This document shows, piece after piece, positions 16,211 through 24,878 of a stretch of 35,009 nt of DNA. The notes under the pieces are model-generated. The model did not search any database and was not told where the DNA came from. It saw nothing but the letters and a program-made list of their open reading frames with translations. The stretch covers positions 1-35,009 of the forward strand of contig JBKPAK010000021.1 in NCBI GenBank assembly GCA_046726415.1, written 5' to 3'. The stretch comes from Candidatus Methylomirabilota bacterium (GTDB taxonomy: Bacteria > Methylomirabilota > Methylomirabilia > Rokubacteriales > CSP1-6). The position numbers and the translations under genes were made by a program. Positions within the stretch are counted from its first letter, which is position 1, and every line of letters begins with the position of its first letter.

Positions 16211-18841
16211 GTGACGGAAGAGGAGGCCCGGCTGTCAGAGGCCCGCGCCCGGACGGCGCACTGGCGGCGCTGGGGTCCCTTTCTCTCCGATCGCCAGTGG
16301 GGAACCGTCCGCGAAGACTACTCGGTACGCGGTGACGCCTGGGAGTACTTTCCCCATGACCACGCGCGCTCGCGCGTCTACCGGTGGGGCGAGGACGGCC
16401 TCCTGGGTCTGTGCGACAACCACCAGCGTCTCTGCTTCGCCCTGGCCCTGTGGAACGGCCGCGATCCCATCCTCAAGGAACGCCTCTTCGGACTCACCGG
16501 TCCCCAGGGGAACCACGGCGAGGACGTCAAGGAGCTGTACTTCTACCTGGACGGGACACCGACTCACTCCTACATGAAGGCCCTCTACAAGTACCCCCAG
16601 GCGGAGTTCCCCTACCAACGACTGGTCGACGAGAACGCCCGATGCGGGCGGAGACAGCCCGAGTTCGAACTGTTAGATACGGGCATCTTCGAGGGCGACC
16701 GGTACTTCGACGTAGTCCTGGAGTATGGCAAGGCAGCCATCGACGACATCCTCATCCGGATCACCGTGACGAATTGCGGGTCAGCAGCGGCCCCCCTGCA
16801 CGTGCTGCCGACGTTGTGGTTCCGCAACACGTGGGCCTGGGACCGAGGTGCCCCTCGCCCTCGGCTGCGGGCTGGCGCGGTGCAGCCCACCTGGGTCTCG
16901 GTGGTGGCCGAGCACTCGACGCTGGGCATCTACTCTCTGTACGGCGAGGGTGGTCCGGACCTGCTGTTCACCGAGAACGAGACAAACCGGCATCGTCTCT
17001 ACAACGCCGAGAACACCACGCCCTTCGTGAAGGACGCCTTCCACGAGTATGTCGTCGCCCAGCGTGCCGGCGCGGTGAATCCCGCCCGTCAGGGCACGAA
17101 AGTGGCGCCGCACTATCGCTTCGCGCTCGGCGCCGGTGAGACGGCCGTTCTTCGCCTGCGCCTCTGCGCCCGAGAGCCAGCCGACGCCCCGTTCGGAGAC
17201 ATGTTCGAGGCCGGCTTGGCCAGCCGCCAGCGCGAAGCGGACGCGTTCTACGCCACGGTGATCCCCAATGGCCTGGCTGCCGACGCCAAGGCGGTCATGC
17301 GTCAGGCCCTGGGCGGGCTCATGTGGACGAAGCAGTGGTTTCACTACGACGTCCGGCGCTGGCTCAAGGGCGATTCTACCCAGCCCCCGGCGCCGCCCGA
17401 GCGCCAGCGCGGACGCAACCACGCGTGGACTCACCTGTACAACGAGGACGTGGTGTCCGTGCCCGACAAATGGGAATACCCGTGGTACGCCTCGTGGGAT
17501 CTCGCCTTCCACGCGGCCGCCCTCACCCTCGTCGATCCGGATTACGCCAAGCATCAGCTCATCCTGTTCCTCCGTGAGTGGTACATGCACCCCAACGGGC
17601 AGATTCCGGCCTACGAGTGGGCCTTCGGCGACGTGAATCCTCCCGTACACGCGTGGGCGGCGCTGCGCGTCTACGAGATCGACAAGGCGGTCCGCGGCCG
17701 CGGCGACACCGAGTTTCTCAAGCGCACGTTTCACAAGCTCCTGCTGAACTTCACCTGGTGGGTGAACCGAAAGGATCCCGACAACAAGAACGTCTTTGAA
17801 GGCGGCTTTCTGGGTCTCGACAATATCGGGATCTTCGATCGCAGCGCGCCACTGCCCACCGGCGGCACCATGGAGCAGTCCGACGGGACGGCCTGGGTGG
17901 GGATGTTCTGCCTGACCATGCTCACCATCGCCACCACGCTGGCCCTCGAGGATCTCGCCTACGAGGACATCGCCTCGAAATTCTTCGAGCATTTCGTCTA
18001 CATCAGCCACGCCATCAACGACATGGCGGGCGAGGGCATCGAGCTGTGGGACAAGCAGGACAGCTTCTTCTACGACGTCATCCTGCTCCAGGACGGTCGC
18101 ACCATCCCGCTGCGCGCGCGCTCCATGGTCGGTCTCGTTCCGCTCGTGGCCGTGATGACCTTGGAGCCTGAGGTGATGAGCCGGTTGCCGACGTTCTCGC
18201 GGCGCATGATGTGGTTCCTCCAGAATCGCCCGCGGCTGTCCGAGCACATCGTACGCCAGGAGACGGCTGACGGCCGGGTGCGGTGGCTCCTCTCCCTGGT
18301 CAACGGCGTGCGGCTGGAGCGCGTCTTGGCCCGAATGCTCGACGAGCAAGAGTTCCTCTCGCCCTTCGGAATCCGATCCCTGTCGCGCATCCACCGCGAG
18401 CACCCCTTCGTGCTGACCATCGATGGTCATCGCTACTCCGTCGATTACGAGCCGGCCGAGTCGACCACCCCGTTGTTTGGGGGCAACTCGAACTGGCGCG
18501 GACCGATCTGGTTTCCCCTGAACTACCTGATCATCAAGGCCCTGGAGCGGTTCGACGCCTTCTATGGCGACCGCTTCCACGTGGAGTGCCCGACGGGATC
18601 GGGACGGCGCATGATGCTGGCGGATGTCGCCCTCGAGCTGTCACGGCGTCTCACGCGTCTATTCCTGCGCGGCGCGGACGGACGACGACCCGCCCACGGC
18701 GGGGCGGACAAATTCCGCACGGATCCGGGCTGGCGCGATCTCATCCTCTTCTATGAGTATTTCAACGGCGACACGGGCGAGGGCCTGGGCGCCAGCCACC
18801 AAACTGGCTGGACCGCCCTCGTCGCCCGGCTCCTCTCCTAA
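16211..18841 (+). CDS. GH63/MGH1-like glucosidase
   Basis: [60 protein letters not shown]. Confidence 0.9.
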   Translation: MTEEEARLSEARARTAHWRRWGPFLSDRQWGTVREDYSVRGDAWEYFPHDHARSRVYRWGEDGLLGLCDNHQRLCFALALWNGRDPILKERLFGLTGPQGNHGEDVKELYFYLDGTPTHSYMKALYKYPQAEFPYQRLVDENARCGRRQPEFELLDTGIFEGDRYFDVVLEYGKAAIDDILIRITVTNCGSAAAPLHVLPTLWFRNTWAWDRGAPRPRLRAGAVQPTWVSVVAEHSTLGIYSLYGEGGPDLLFTENETNRHRLYNAENTTPFVKDAFHEYVVAQRAGAVNPARQGTKVAPHYRFALGAGETAVLRLRLCAREPADAPFGDMFEAGLASRQREADAFYATVIPNGLAADAKAVMRQALGGLMWTKQWFHYDVRRWLKGDSTQPPAPPERQRGRNHAWTHLYNEDVVSVPDKWEYPWYASWDLAFHAAALTLVDPDYAKHQLILFLREWYMHPNGQIPAYEWAFGDVNPPVHAWAALRVYEIDKAVRGRGDTEFLKRTFHKLLLNFTWWVNRKDPDNKNVFEGGFLGLDNIGIFDRSAPLPTGGTMEQSDGTAWVGMFCLTMLTIATTLALEDLAYEDIASKFFEHFVYISHAINDMAGEGIELWDKQDSFFYDVILLQDGRTIPLRARSMVGLVPLVAVMTLEPEVMSRLPTFSRRMMWFLQNRPRLSEHIVRQETADGRVRWLLSLVNGVRLERVLARMLDEQEFLSPFGIRSLSRIHREHPFVLTIDGHRYSVDYEPAESTTPLFGGNSNWRGPIWFPLNYLIIKALERFDAFYGDRFHVECPTGSGRRMMLADVALELSRRLTRLFLRGADGRRPAHGGADKFRTDPGWRDLILFYEYFNGDTGEGLGASHQTGWTALVARLLS

Positions 18842-18912
18842 ACCCCTATCTGAACGCGGAGGCCGCCGCGCGCGTCGAGGGCACCACCGGGCCGCCAACG
18901 TCGCGCGCAATC

Positions 18913-18965
18913 GAGGAGCGCCCGGGGGGCTTGGGGGGCCCTTTCGAGGCCCCCCATGTCATTAA
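18913..18965 (+). repeat. Dispersed REP-like GC hairpin element, copy B
   Basis: GAGGAGCG...TTGGGGGGCCCTTTCGAGGCCCCCCATGTCATTAA between convergent genes; overlaps the stop at 18962. Confidence 0.65.
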
Positions 18966-19477
18966 GGCCGGACCGTCACGTGCGGATGCCGGACGCGGAA
19001 GTAGACGACCATCGTGGCCGCGGCAAGCAGATTGGCCACGAAGATCGACGACCATCCGAGCACGGCAAAGATTGACGGCGCCACGAATGCCACCGCCGTG
19101 GTGAAGCATGACTGGAGAATCACGAAGAACAGCACGACCCCGAAACCGAGACTCGGATTGCGCTCGGCCACCGCCAGGAGTCGCGCGGCGATGCCTCCCA
19201 GGGCCGCGAAGATGAGACCGTGAACCCAGGTGAACATGGCGACCGTCCCGAGCGAAACGGTCACCTTGTCCAACCCCACCCCGCGCCCGAATAACGCGGT
19301 CCCCAGCACGCTCGGCGTGTAGAAGGGCCGTCCAGCGAGGCTGTCGATGATAAAGAACCAGATGGCCACCACGCCGGCGGCCAAGATTCCGGCGAGCATC
19401 CCCTCCTGATAGAGCCCCTGGGTGTCCGACGACGGGCGGGAGGAACCGGCTGCGGTCGCGCTTGTCTGAACGGTCAT
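18962..19477 (-). CDS. Hypothetical 4-TM membrane protein
   Basis: AAGGAG RBS, four hydrophobic helices, GRPFYTPSVLG motif. Confidence 0.75.
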   Translation of the reverse strand: MTVQTSATAAGSSRPSSDTQGLYQEGMLAGILAAGVVAIWFFIIDSLAGRPFYTPSVLGTALFGRGVGLDKVTVSLGTVAMFTWVHGLIFAALGGIAARLLAVAERNPSLGFGVVLFFVILQSCFTTAVAFVAPSIFAVLGWSSIFVANLLAAATMVVYFRVRHPHVTVRP

Positions 19478-19629
19478 TGCGCACTCCTTTCTCCGGGTGC
19501 TCGGACCGAACGGCGACAGATCGATTCTACCCTACCTGGGACCGAGATCAGCAGATCGGGACAGATCCGCGCACTGGCCAGCCTGCTAAGATCATCCCAA
19601 CGGAAGACCGCGATGCCAACGGAGGGGTC

Positions 19630-20529
19630 ATGACGAGCGTTGCCACGTCCGCGGAGGCCCGACTCCCGGTCATCGGCGAAGACGCGTTTCCGTTCCGACG
19701 CGAGCTGAGCCTGGCTCCGCTCGCTCGCGCGTGGCTGGAGGCGGCCGATGGCGAGGGTCTGATGGGTTTCGACGCCGCCGTGCGCGAGCGCGTCGAGGCC
19801 TATCGCACCGCGCTCGATCCCCAGGTGGGCACGGTCTACCGAAAGCGGAAGGACTACGAGGACAGCGTGACCGCGATCAACGACGCGGTCTCGGCCTATC
19901 TCGACGCCGAGCAGGAGATGGCCCAGGCCATGTTCCCGCACTACTTCGAGAAGCAGCGCACGGACGGCGTCGACTACAGCATCTACGTGGGCGCGGCACT
20001 CGTGGATGGCCGCGCCTACGACGAGCTGTACCTTCGGAACCTCCGGCTGTGGCAACTGCTCGTGGCGTGCGGGATCGCCCGGCAGACCGAGCTCCTCCGC
20101 CAGCGCTTGCCGCTGGCCCTGGATACGACGCATCTCATCCTGGCCCACCACGCACCCCTGTCGATCCGCTTTCGTGCCGACGAGAAGCGCTTCGACGTCG
20201 ACGGGGCCTACAACGTCCGCTACGAGGTCGTCAAGAAGCGCATCGACAAGGCGATGCTCCGAGGCTCGGACGAGCGCGTAACGCACCCGGGGCAAATCGC
20301 CCGTGGTGTATGCCCAGCCCGCGAAGCCCAGGAGTATCGCGAGTACCTCGACTACCTCACGGCCACCGGCTACCTGATCGGGACCCATCGAGGAACTCGA
20401 GGTGGACGAGTTGCAGGGGGTGCACGGATTGCGTGCGTTGCGCGTGGCCGTCGACCTTTCGGTGCCCACCAACGTCCCACGCCCGGCCGTCGCGGAGGCC
20501 GCCCAGCCCTTCGGGCGCTCGGAGCCTAA
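19630..20529 (+). pseudogene. Internally deleted, frameshifted member of a large conserved protein family usually annotated 'GAF domain-containing protein'
   Basis: GGAGG RBS. N-terminal FPFRRELSLAPL is joined directly to the C-terminal block (PHYFEK..TDGV, NLRLWQL, IRFR.DEKRFDVDGAYN.RYE..KKRIDKA). LQGVHGLRALRV continues in another frame after about 20380. Confidence 0.65.
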
Positions 20530-20678
20530 GGGCTACAGCTCGGTTCTAGGCCTGGGAGCCATCGCGCACACGAGGCCAAGCCTCCAGTCCACGAATGCCT
20601 GCCGCCGGGTGGCGCGCCACCGCGCGCACTCGGGGCACAGCCCGAGAGGGACCCGCAGAACACGCAGAGGCGCTTCAC
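20526..20678 (-). pseudogene. 5' remnant of a LOG-family (TIGR00730) protein
   Basis: GTG overlaps the dapF stop; KRLCVFCGS..G start; RLGLVC appears in a shifted frame, then the similarity ends. Confidence 0.6.
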
Positions 20679-21550
20679 GGCGCCGTGAGCTGGAGGTTGG
20701 CTTCCTCGAACTCGCGACTCAGCGTGCCCGTGCAGACTTCTTCGACGGGCCCCTCCAGCCGGAGCGACCAGTCCGGCCGCACGTGGACGATCAGGTCGCC
20801 GCCTCGCATGCGGACCCGCACGCGTCCATGGTCGCACAGGGCATTGCGGACGGCCGCCGCCGCCGCCGCGCACGAGGAGGAGCCGGAGGCGAGCGTCCAG
20901 CCGGCTCCCCGCTCCCAGATCATGATCTCTAGGGTGTCGCGGGCTTGAACGTTCGCGAACTGCACGTTGGTCCTGTGCGGAAAGGCCCGATGACGCTCGA
21001 TCAGCGGGCCGAGGCGGCGAACCTCGTTCTCATCGAGACGTTCGCAGAAGACGATGCAGTGCGGATTTCCCACGGACACCGCCGTCACCGTGAGGCGCAG
21101 GCCGTCGGAGAGGGCAAGGGGGACGCTCACCGCCTCCCGCGCGGCGCAATCCATCGGGATATCGGCCGCGCGGAACGTCGCGCGTCCCATCTCGACGGTG
21201 ACAAAGTTGACGCGCCCGTTGCCGACATGGCACTCACACTCCACGACCCCACCCTTGGTCTCGACGGTGAACGAGGGCGACTTGGCATGCCCGTGATCCC
21301 ACAAGTACTTGGCGAAAATGCGCAGCCCGTTGCCCGATTTTTCCGCCTCGCTGCCGTCCGGGTTGAAGATGCGGAGCCCGAAATCCGCCCGCGAGCTACC
21401 CACGAGCAGGAGAATACCGTCGGAGCCCACGCCCCAGTTGCGGTTGCAGATCCTCGCGATGGCCCGCTCGGTCAGCGCGCGAGGGAGATCCGCCTCGCTG
21501 AGCACGAGGTAGTCGTTACCGAGCCCGTGGCCCTTGGCGAAGGGGATCAT
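20675..21550 (-). CDS. dapF: Diaminopimelate epimerase-family protein, Ser/Ser active-site variant
   Basis: FAKGHGLGNDY, GVGSDG, FNPDGSEAEKSGNG, VGNPHC, FPHRTNV, WERGAGWTLASGSS. Confidence 0.88.
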   Translation of the reverse strand: MIPFAKGHGLGNDYLVLSEADLPRALTERAIARICNRNWGVGSDGILLLVGSSRADFGLRIFNPDGSEAEKSGNGLRIFAKYLWDHGHAKSPSFTVETKGGVVECECHVGNGRVNFVTVEMGRATFRAADIPMDCAAREAVSVPLALSDGLRLTVTAVSVGNPHCIVFCERLDENEVRRLGPLIERHRAFPHRTNVQFANVQARDTLEIMIWERGAGWTLASGSSSCAAAAAAVRNALCDHGRVRVRMRGGDLIVHVRPDWSLRLEGPVEEVCTGTLSREFEEANLQLTAP

Positions 21551-22704
21551 GGGTGTGTCAGGTCCACCCTCCGACCGGTGGCAGCGGACAGATACCCCGC
21601 GTAAATCACCTCGACCACATCCCGGGCCAGCACCGCTCCCGAGAGGGGTGGGCGGCGCGTCTCGATCGCGTCAACGAAGTCCTCCAGCTCTTGCGGATAC
21701 CCGCGCATCCAGTCTTCCTCGGGGCTGGGGAATTGCCAGCCCGCCTTGGTCTCCACCTTCTCGGTGATATAGGCCTCGCCCCAGACGACGGCGTCCGGGG
21801 CATACGCGGTGACCGCGGTATTCGGGGTGATGTTCGCCTGCACGACGGCATTGGTGAGGTAGGCCGTCACGCTGTTGCGCACCCCCCCGAGGCTGATGTC
21901 GTTGGAGTTGATGACCGCCTTCGTCCCGTCGTCGAACGTGATGATCGCCACCGACCAGTCCTCGACATCCTCGGGGGTCGCGCGAATGAAGCGGGCGCGC
22001 TCGCTGACCGCGGGCAGCCGGGTGAGCTGCGCCACGTCGGCCAGGACCGAACGCGCGCGGATGGGACGGCCGTGGTGGAGTTGCCCCTCATGGTGCTTGA
22101 GGTGCAGCACCGCTCCCACTGGATGCGATCCCATGCGCAGCAGCGACCCCCCTCCCGCGGTTCGCCACTGCCGGGCGTAGGCGGCGTGCGACCCCGAGTG
22201 GCTCTCCTCGGCGCGCAGCTCGAGGATGGCCCCATCGCTGACCTCCACGAGCGAGCGCAACTTAGCCACCGGCGGAGCGTAGACGTAGTCCTCCGCATAG
22301 CAGAGGGTGACCCCGGCCCGCTCGGTCGCCGCGATGACCCCGTCCGCCGAGGCCAGGGCCTCGGTGAGCATCTGCTCGCGAGCGGTGCCGGCGTCTCCAA
22401 AGTACCCGGTGAGCGGCTTCTCCACGATCAGGTGCTTGCCCGCCCGGGCCGCCGCCATGGCGATGGCGGCATGGGCCTCCGTGGTGGCGCAGACGTCGAC
22501 GACGTCCACCATGGAGGACTCGACGAGTTGACGGTAGTCGGTGAAGACGTGGGCGATGCGGTGGTGCTTGGCGAAGGCCTCGGCCTGACTACGTGCTCGC
22601 GCGCACACGGCCGTCAATTCCACTCGGTTCCCACGGAGCTGGCGGTAGTTGACCGCGTGCAGCTCGGCGGCGAAGCGCGCTCCTACGATTCCGATGCGCA
22701 GCAT
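21547..22704 (-). CDS. Gfo/Idh/MocA-family oxidoreductase
   Basis: IGIVGA N-terminus, GKHLIVEKP, GGGSLLRMGSH. Confidence 0.9.
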   Translation of the reverse strand: MLRIGIVGARFAAELHAVNYRQLRGNRVELTAVCARARSQAEAFAKHHRIAHVFTDYRQLVESSMVDVVDVCATTEAHAAIAMAAARAGKHLIVEKPLTGYFGDAGTAREQMLTEALASADGVIAATERAGVTLCYAEDYVYAPPVAKLRSLVEVSDGAILELRAEESHSGSHAAYARQWRTAGGGSLLRMGSHPVGAVLHLKHHEGQLHHGRPIRARSVLADVAQLTRLPAVSERARFIRATPEDVEDWSVAIITFDDGTKAVINSNDISLGGVRNSVTAYLTNAVVQANITPNTAVTAYAPDAVVWGEAYITEKVETKAGWQFPSPEEDWMRGYPQELEDFVDAIETRRPPLSGAVLARDVVEVIYAGYLSAATGRRVDLTHP

Positions 22705-22806
22705 GATCCGACGGAACCCCTCGGGTTTCGCGCGCTCCGCACGCGGCTTGCCTGCGTTCGCCGTGGCCGCGCCGGCCCCGCACCCACGCGGCAGAGCTCC
22801 GGCGGC

Positions 22807-23937
22807 CTACCGGCGCTCGAGCGGGACGTACGTCGCGTTGGTCGGCCCCGTGTACTCGGAGCGTGGCCGGATCAGCCGGTTGTTCCCATGCTGCTCGAGG
22901 ACGTGCGCCGCCCAGCCGGCGACCCGGCTGAGGGCGAAGACCGGTGTGAACTGATCGGTGGGGATCCCCATGACCGAGTACGCCGCCCCCGAGAAGAGGT
23001 CGACGTTCGGGAAGATGTGCTTCTCCTCGCTCACCACGCGGGCCACCGTGTCCAGGATTTCGACGTACGACGTGTTGCCCGCTTGCTGACCAAGCTCGGT
23101 GGCCAGACGGCGCAGGTGCTTCGCTCGCGGATCTTCGACCCGATACACCCGGTGGCCGAAGCCCATGACGCGCACCTTATCGGCGAGAGCCTTGCGGATC
23201 CACCCCTCAGCCTTGGCCGGTGACTTGATCTTATCGACCATGAGCATCACCTGCTCGTTGGCGCCTCCGTGGAGCGGACCCTTGAGGGCACCGATGGCGG
23301 AGGTCACGGAGGAATGCATGTCCGACAGCGTGGCGGCGGTGACGCGGGCGGCGAAGGTCGACGCGTTGAACTCGTGGTCCGCGTGCAGGATGAGGGCGAC
23401 GTCGAAGGTCTTCGTGGCCAGCGGGCTGGGAGCCTTGCCCGTCAACATGGTCAGGAAGTTGGCGGCGAGGCTCAAGCGAGGGTTCGGGGCGACCAGGGCC
23501 TTGCCGCGGCGAATGCGCTCCCAGGCGGCCACCAAGGTCGGCATCTGGGCGGTGAGTCGGAGCGCCTTGCGCAGTGAGGCTTCGCGGGAATTGTCGCCCG
23601 ACTCTGGGTCGAACGCCGAGAGGGCCGACACGCCCGTCCGGAGGACTTCCATCGGGGTTGTCTTTCGGGGAAGCTTTCGCAGCATGTCCACGAGTTTCGG
23701 CGGGATCCGGCGGATGGCCGTCGCGCCGAGCGCCTTCGCATGAACCTCCAGCTCCTTCCGGGTGGGCAGAGCCCCGTGCCAGAGGAGGTACACGACCTCT
23801 TCGAAGGATGAGTGCTCGACGAGATCGTTGACGTCGTACCCTCGATAGAGGAGGCGTCCCTCGTGCCCGTCGATGAAACAGATTTCCGAAGTGGAAACGA
23901 CCACGTCCTCGAGGCCCGCCTTGAATTCGCCGCTCAT
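22807..23937 (-). CDS. Citrate / 2-methylcitrate synthase (short type)
   Basis: GLEDV, LLYRGY, HADHEFNAST, GPLHGGANE, GFGHRVY, PNVD; GAGGGGAG RBS before ATG 23937. Confidence 0.95.
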   Translation of the reverse strand: MSGEFKAGLEDVVVSTSEICFIDGHEGRLLYRGYDVNDLVEHSSFEEVVYLLWHGALPTRKELEVHAKALGATAIRRIPPKLVDMLRKLPRKTTPMEVLRTGVSALSAFDPESGDNSREASLRKALRLTAQMPTLVAAWERIRRGKALVAPNPRLSLAANFLTMLTGKAPSPLATKTFDVALILHADHEFNASTFAARVTAATLSDMHSSVTSAIGALKGPLHGGANEQVMLMVDKIKSPAKAEGWIRKALADKVRVMGFGHRVYRVEDPRAKHLRRLATELGQQAGNTSYVEILDTVARVVSEEKHIFPNVDLFSGAAYSVMGIPTDQFTPVFALSRVAGWAAHVLEQHGNNRLIRPRSEYTGPTNATYVPLERR

Positions 23938-23994
23938 ACGCTCCCCTCGCTGCTGGTGGTGAGAACGGTTTCTTCTATCATACGTCCCGGGGGC

Positions 23995-24064
23995 CTTCAA
24001 GGCCGCCGCCGGCGTGGACATCGTCGACTTCAAGGCTGCGCGGCCAATGGACATGGTCGACTTC
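23995..24064. repeat. Degenerate 33-bp tandem duplication over the methyltransferase start
   Basis: CTTCAAGGCCGCCGCCGGCGTGGACATCGTCGA / CTTCAAGGCTGCGCGGCCAATGGACATGGTCGA / CTTC. Confidence 0.75.
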
Positions 24065-24868
24065 TACGATCAGCACCCCATAAGCGAAGCACACGTGTTG
24101 GCCGCGGTGGCGCGCCGCCGCGGAGGGCTCGACGGTCCGCTCGCGCCCGACGATCTCTTCGAGTTCGACCAGGACCACTATGGCGGCCTGGCCTCCGTGG
24201 CCGCCCTCGCCGAGCGCGCTCAGATCACCGAGCGGTCACGGGTGCTCGACGTGGGCGCCGGCCTCGCCGGCCCCGCGCGTTTCCTCGCCACTCGCCGGGG
24301 CTGCCGGGTCATCGGGCTCGAGCTGAACGCCGGTCGAGCAGCCGGCGGGGCCCGGTTGACCCGCCGGGTGAGGCTGGCCGCCCGGGTAGCCGTCGTGCGG
24401 GGCAATGCCGAGCGGCTTCCCTTCAGAGACGCCAGCTTCGACGCGTGCCTCAGCCAAGAAGCGCTTCTGCACATCCCGGACAAGCTCGCCGTTCTGGCCG
24501 CCTGTCATCGCGTCCTGCGGATTGGCGGCCGCCTGGCCTTCACCGATTGGATCGCGCATCCGCGCCTGGCCGATCGCGAGCGCCAGCGGCTCCAGGAGTG
24601 GATGGCTGCCACCACGCTCCAGACGCTGACCAGCTATCGCCTCTTGCTAGCGCGCGCGGGCTTCGCCTGGGCAGAGGCCGAGGACCTCACCGAGGAGTGG
24701 CGCCCACTTCTGAAGGCACGGCTTCAAACGCACCGGGGCCGGCGGGGCGAGAGGGAGGCTCGCCTCGGGGAGACGCGCTACCGGGAGTACGATCAGCTGT
24801 ACGCGTTGTTCGTGAGGCTGATCGAGGACGGCAAGCTGGGAGGCGGCCGCTTCTGGGCCGCGCGCTGA
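24014..24868 (+). CDS. Class I SAM-dependent methyltransferase (sarcosine/dimethylglycine N-methyltransferase-like); alternative start 24047
   Basis: DQDHYGG, VLDVGAGLAGPAR, LPFRDASFD, SQEALLHIPDK, LRIGG. Confidence 0.85.
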   Translation: MDIVDFKAARPMDMVDFYDQHPISEAHVLAAVARRRGGLDGPLAPDDLFEFDQDHYGGLASVAALAERAQITERSRVLDVGAGLAGPARFLATRRGCRVIGLELNAGRAAGGARLTRRVRLAARVAVVRGNAERLPFRDASFDACLSQEALLHIPDKLAVLAACHRVLRIGGRLAFTDWIAHPRLADRERQRLQEWMAATTLQTLTSYRLLLARAGFAWAEAEDLTEEWRPLLKARLQTHRGRRGEREARLGETRYREYDQLYALFVRLIEDGKLGGGRFWAAR

Positions 24869-24878
24869 CCGCCGCACT

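Noticed and set aside
20402-20932. Independent 176-aa plus-strand gene
   Set aside because: Its first roughly 20 residues are the frameshifted tail of the GAF-type gene; the rest runs antisense to the LOG remnant and dapF.
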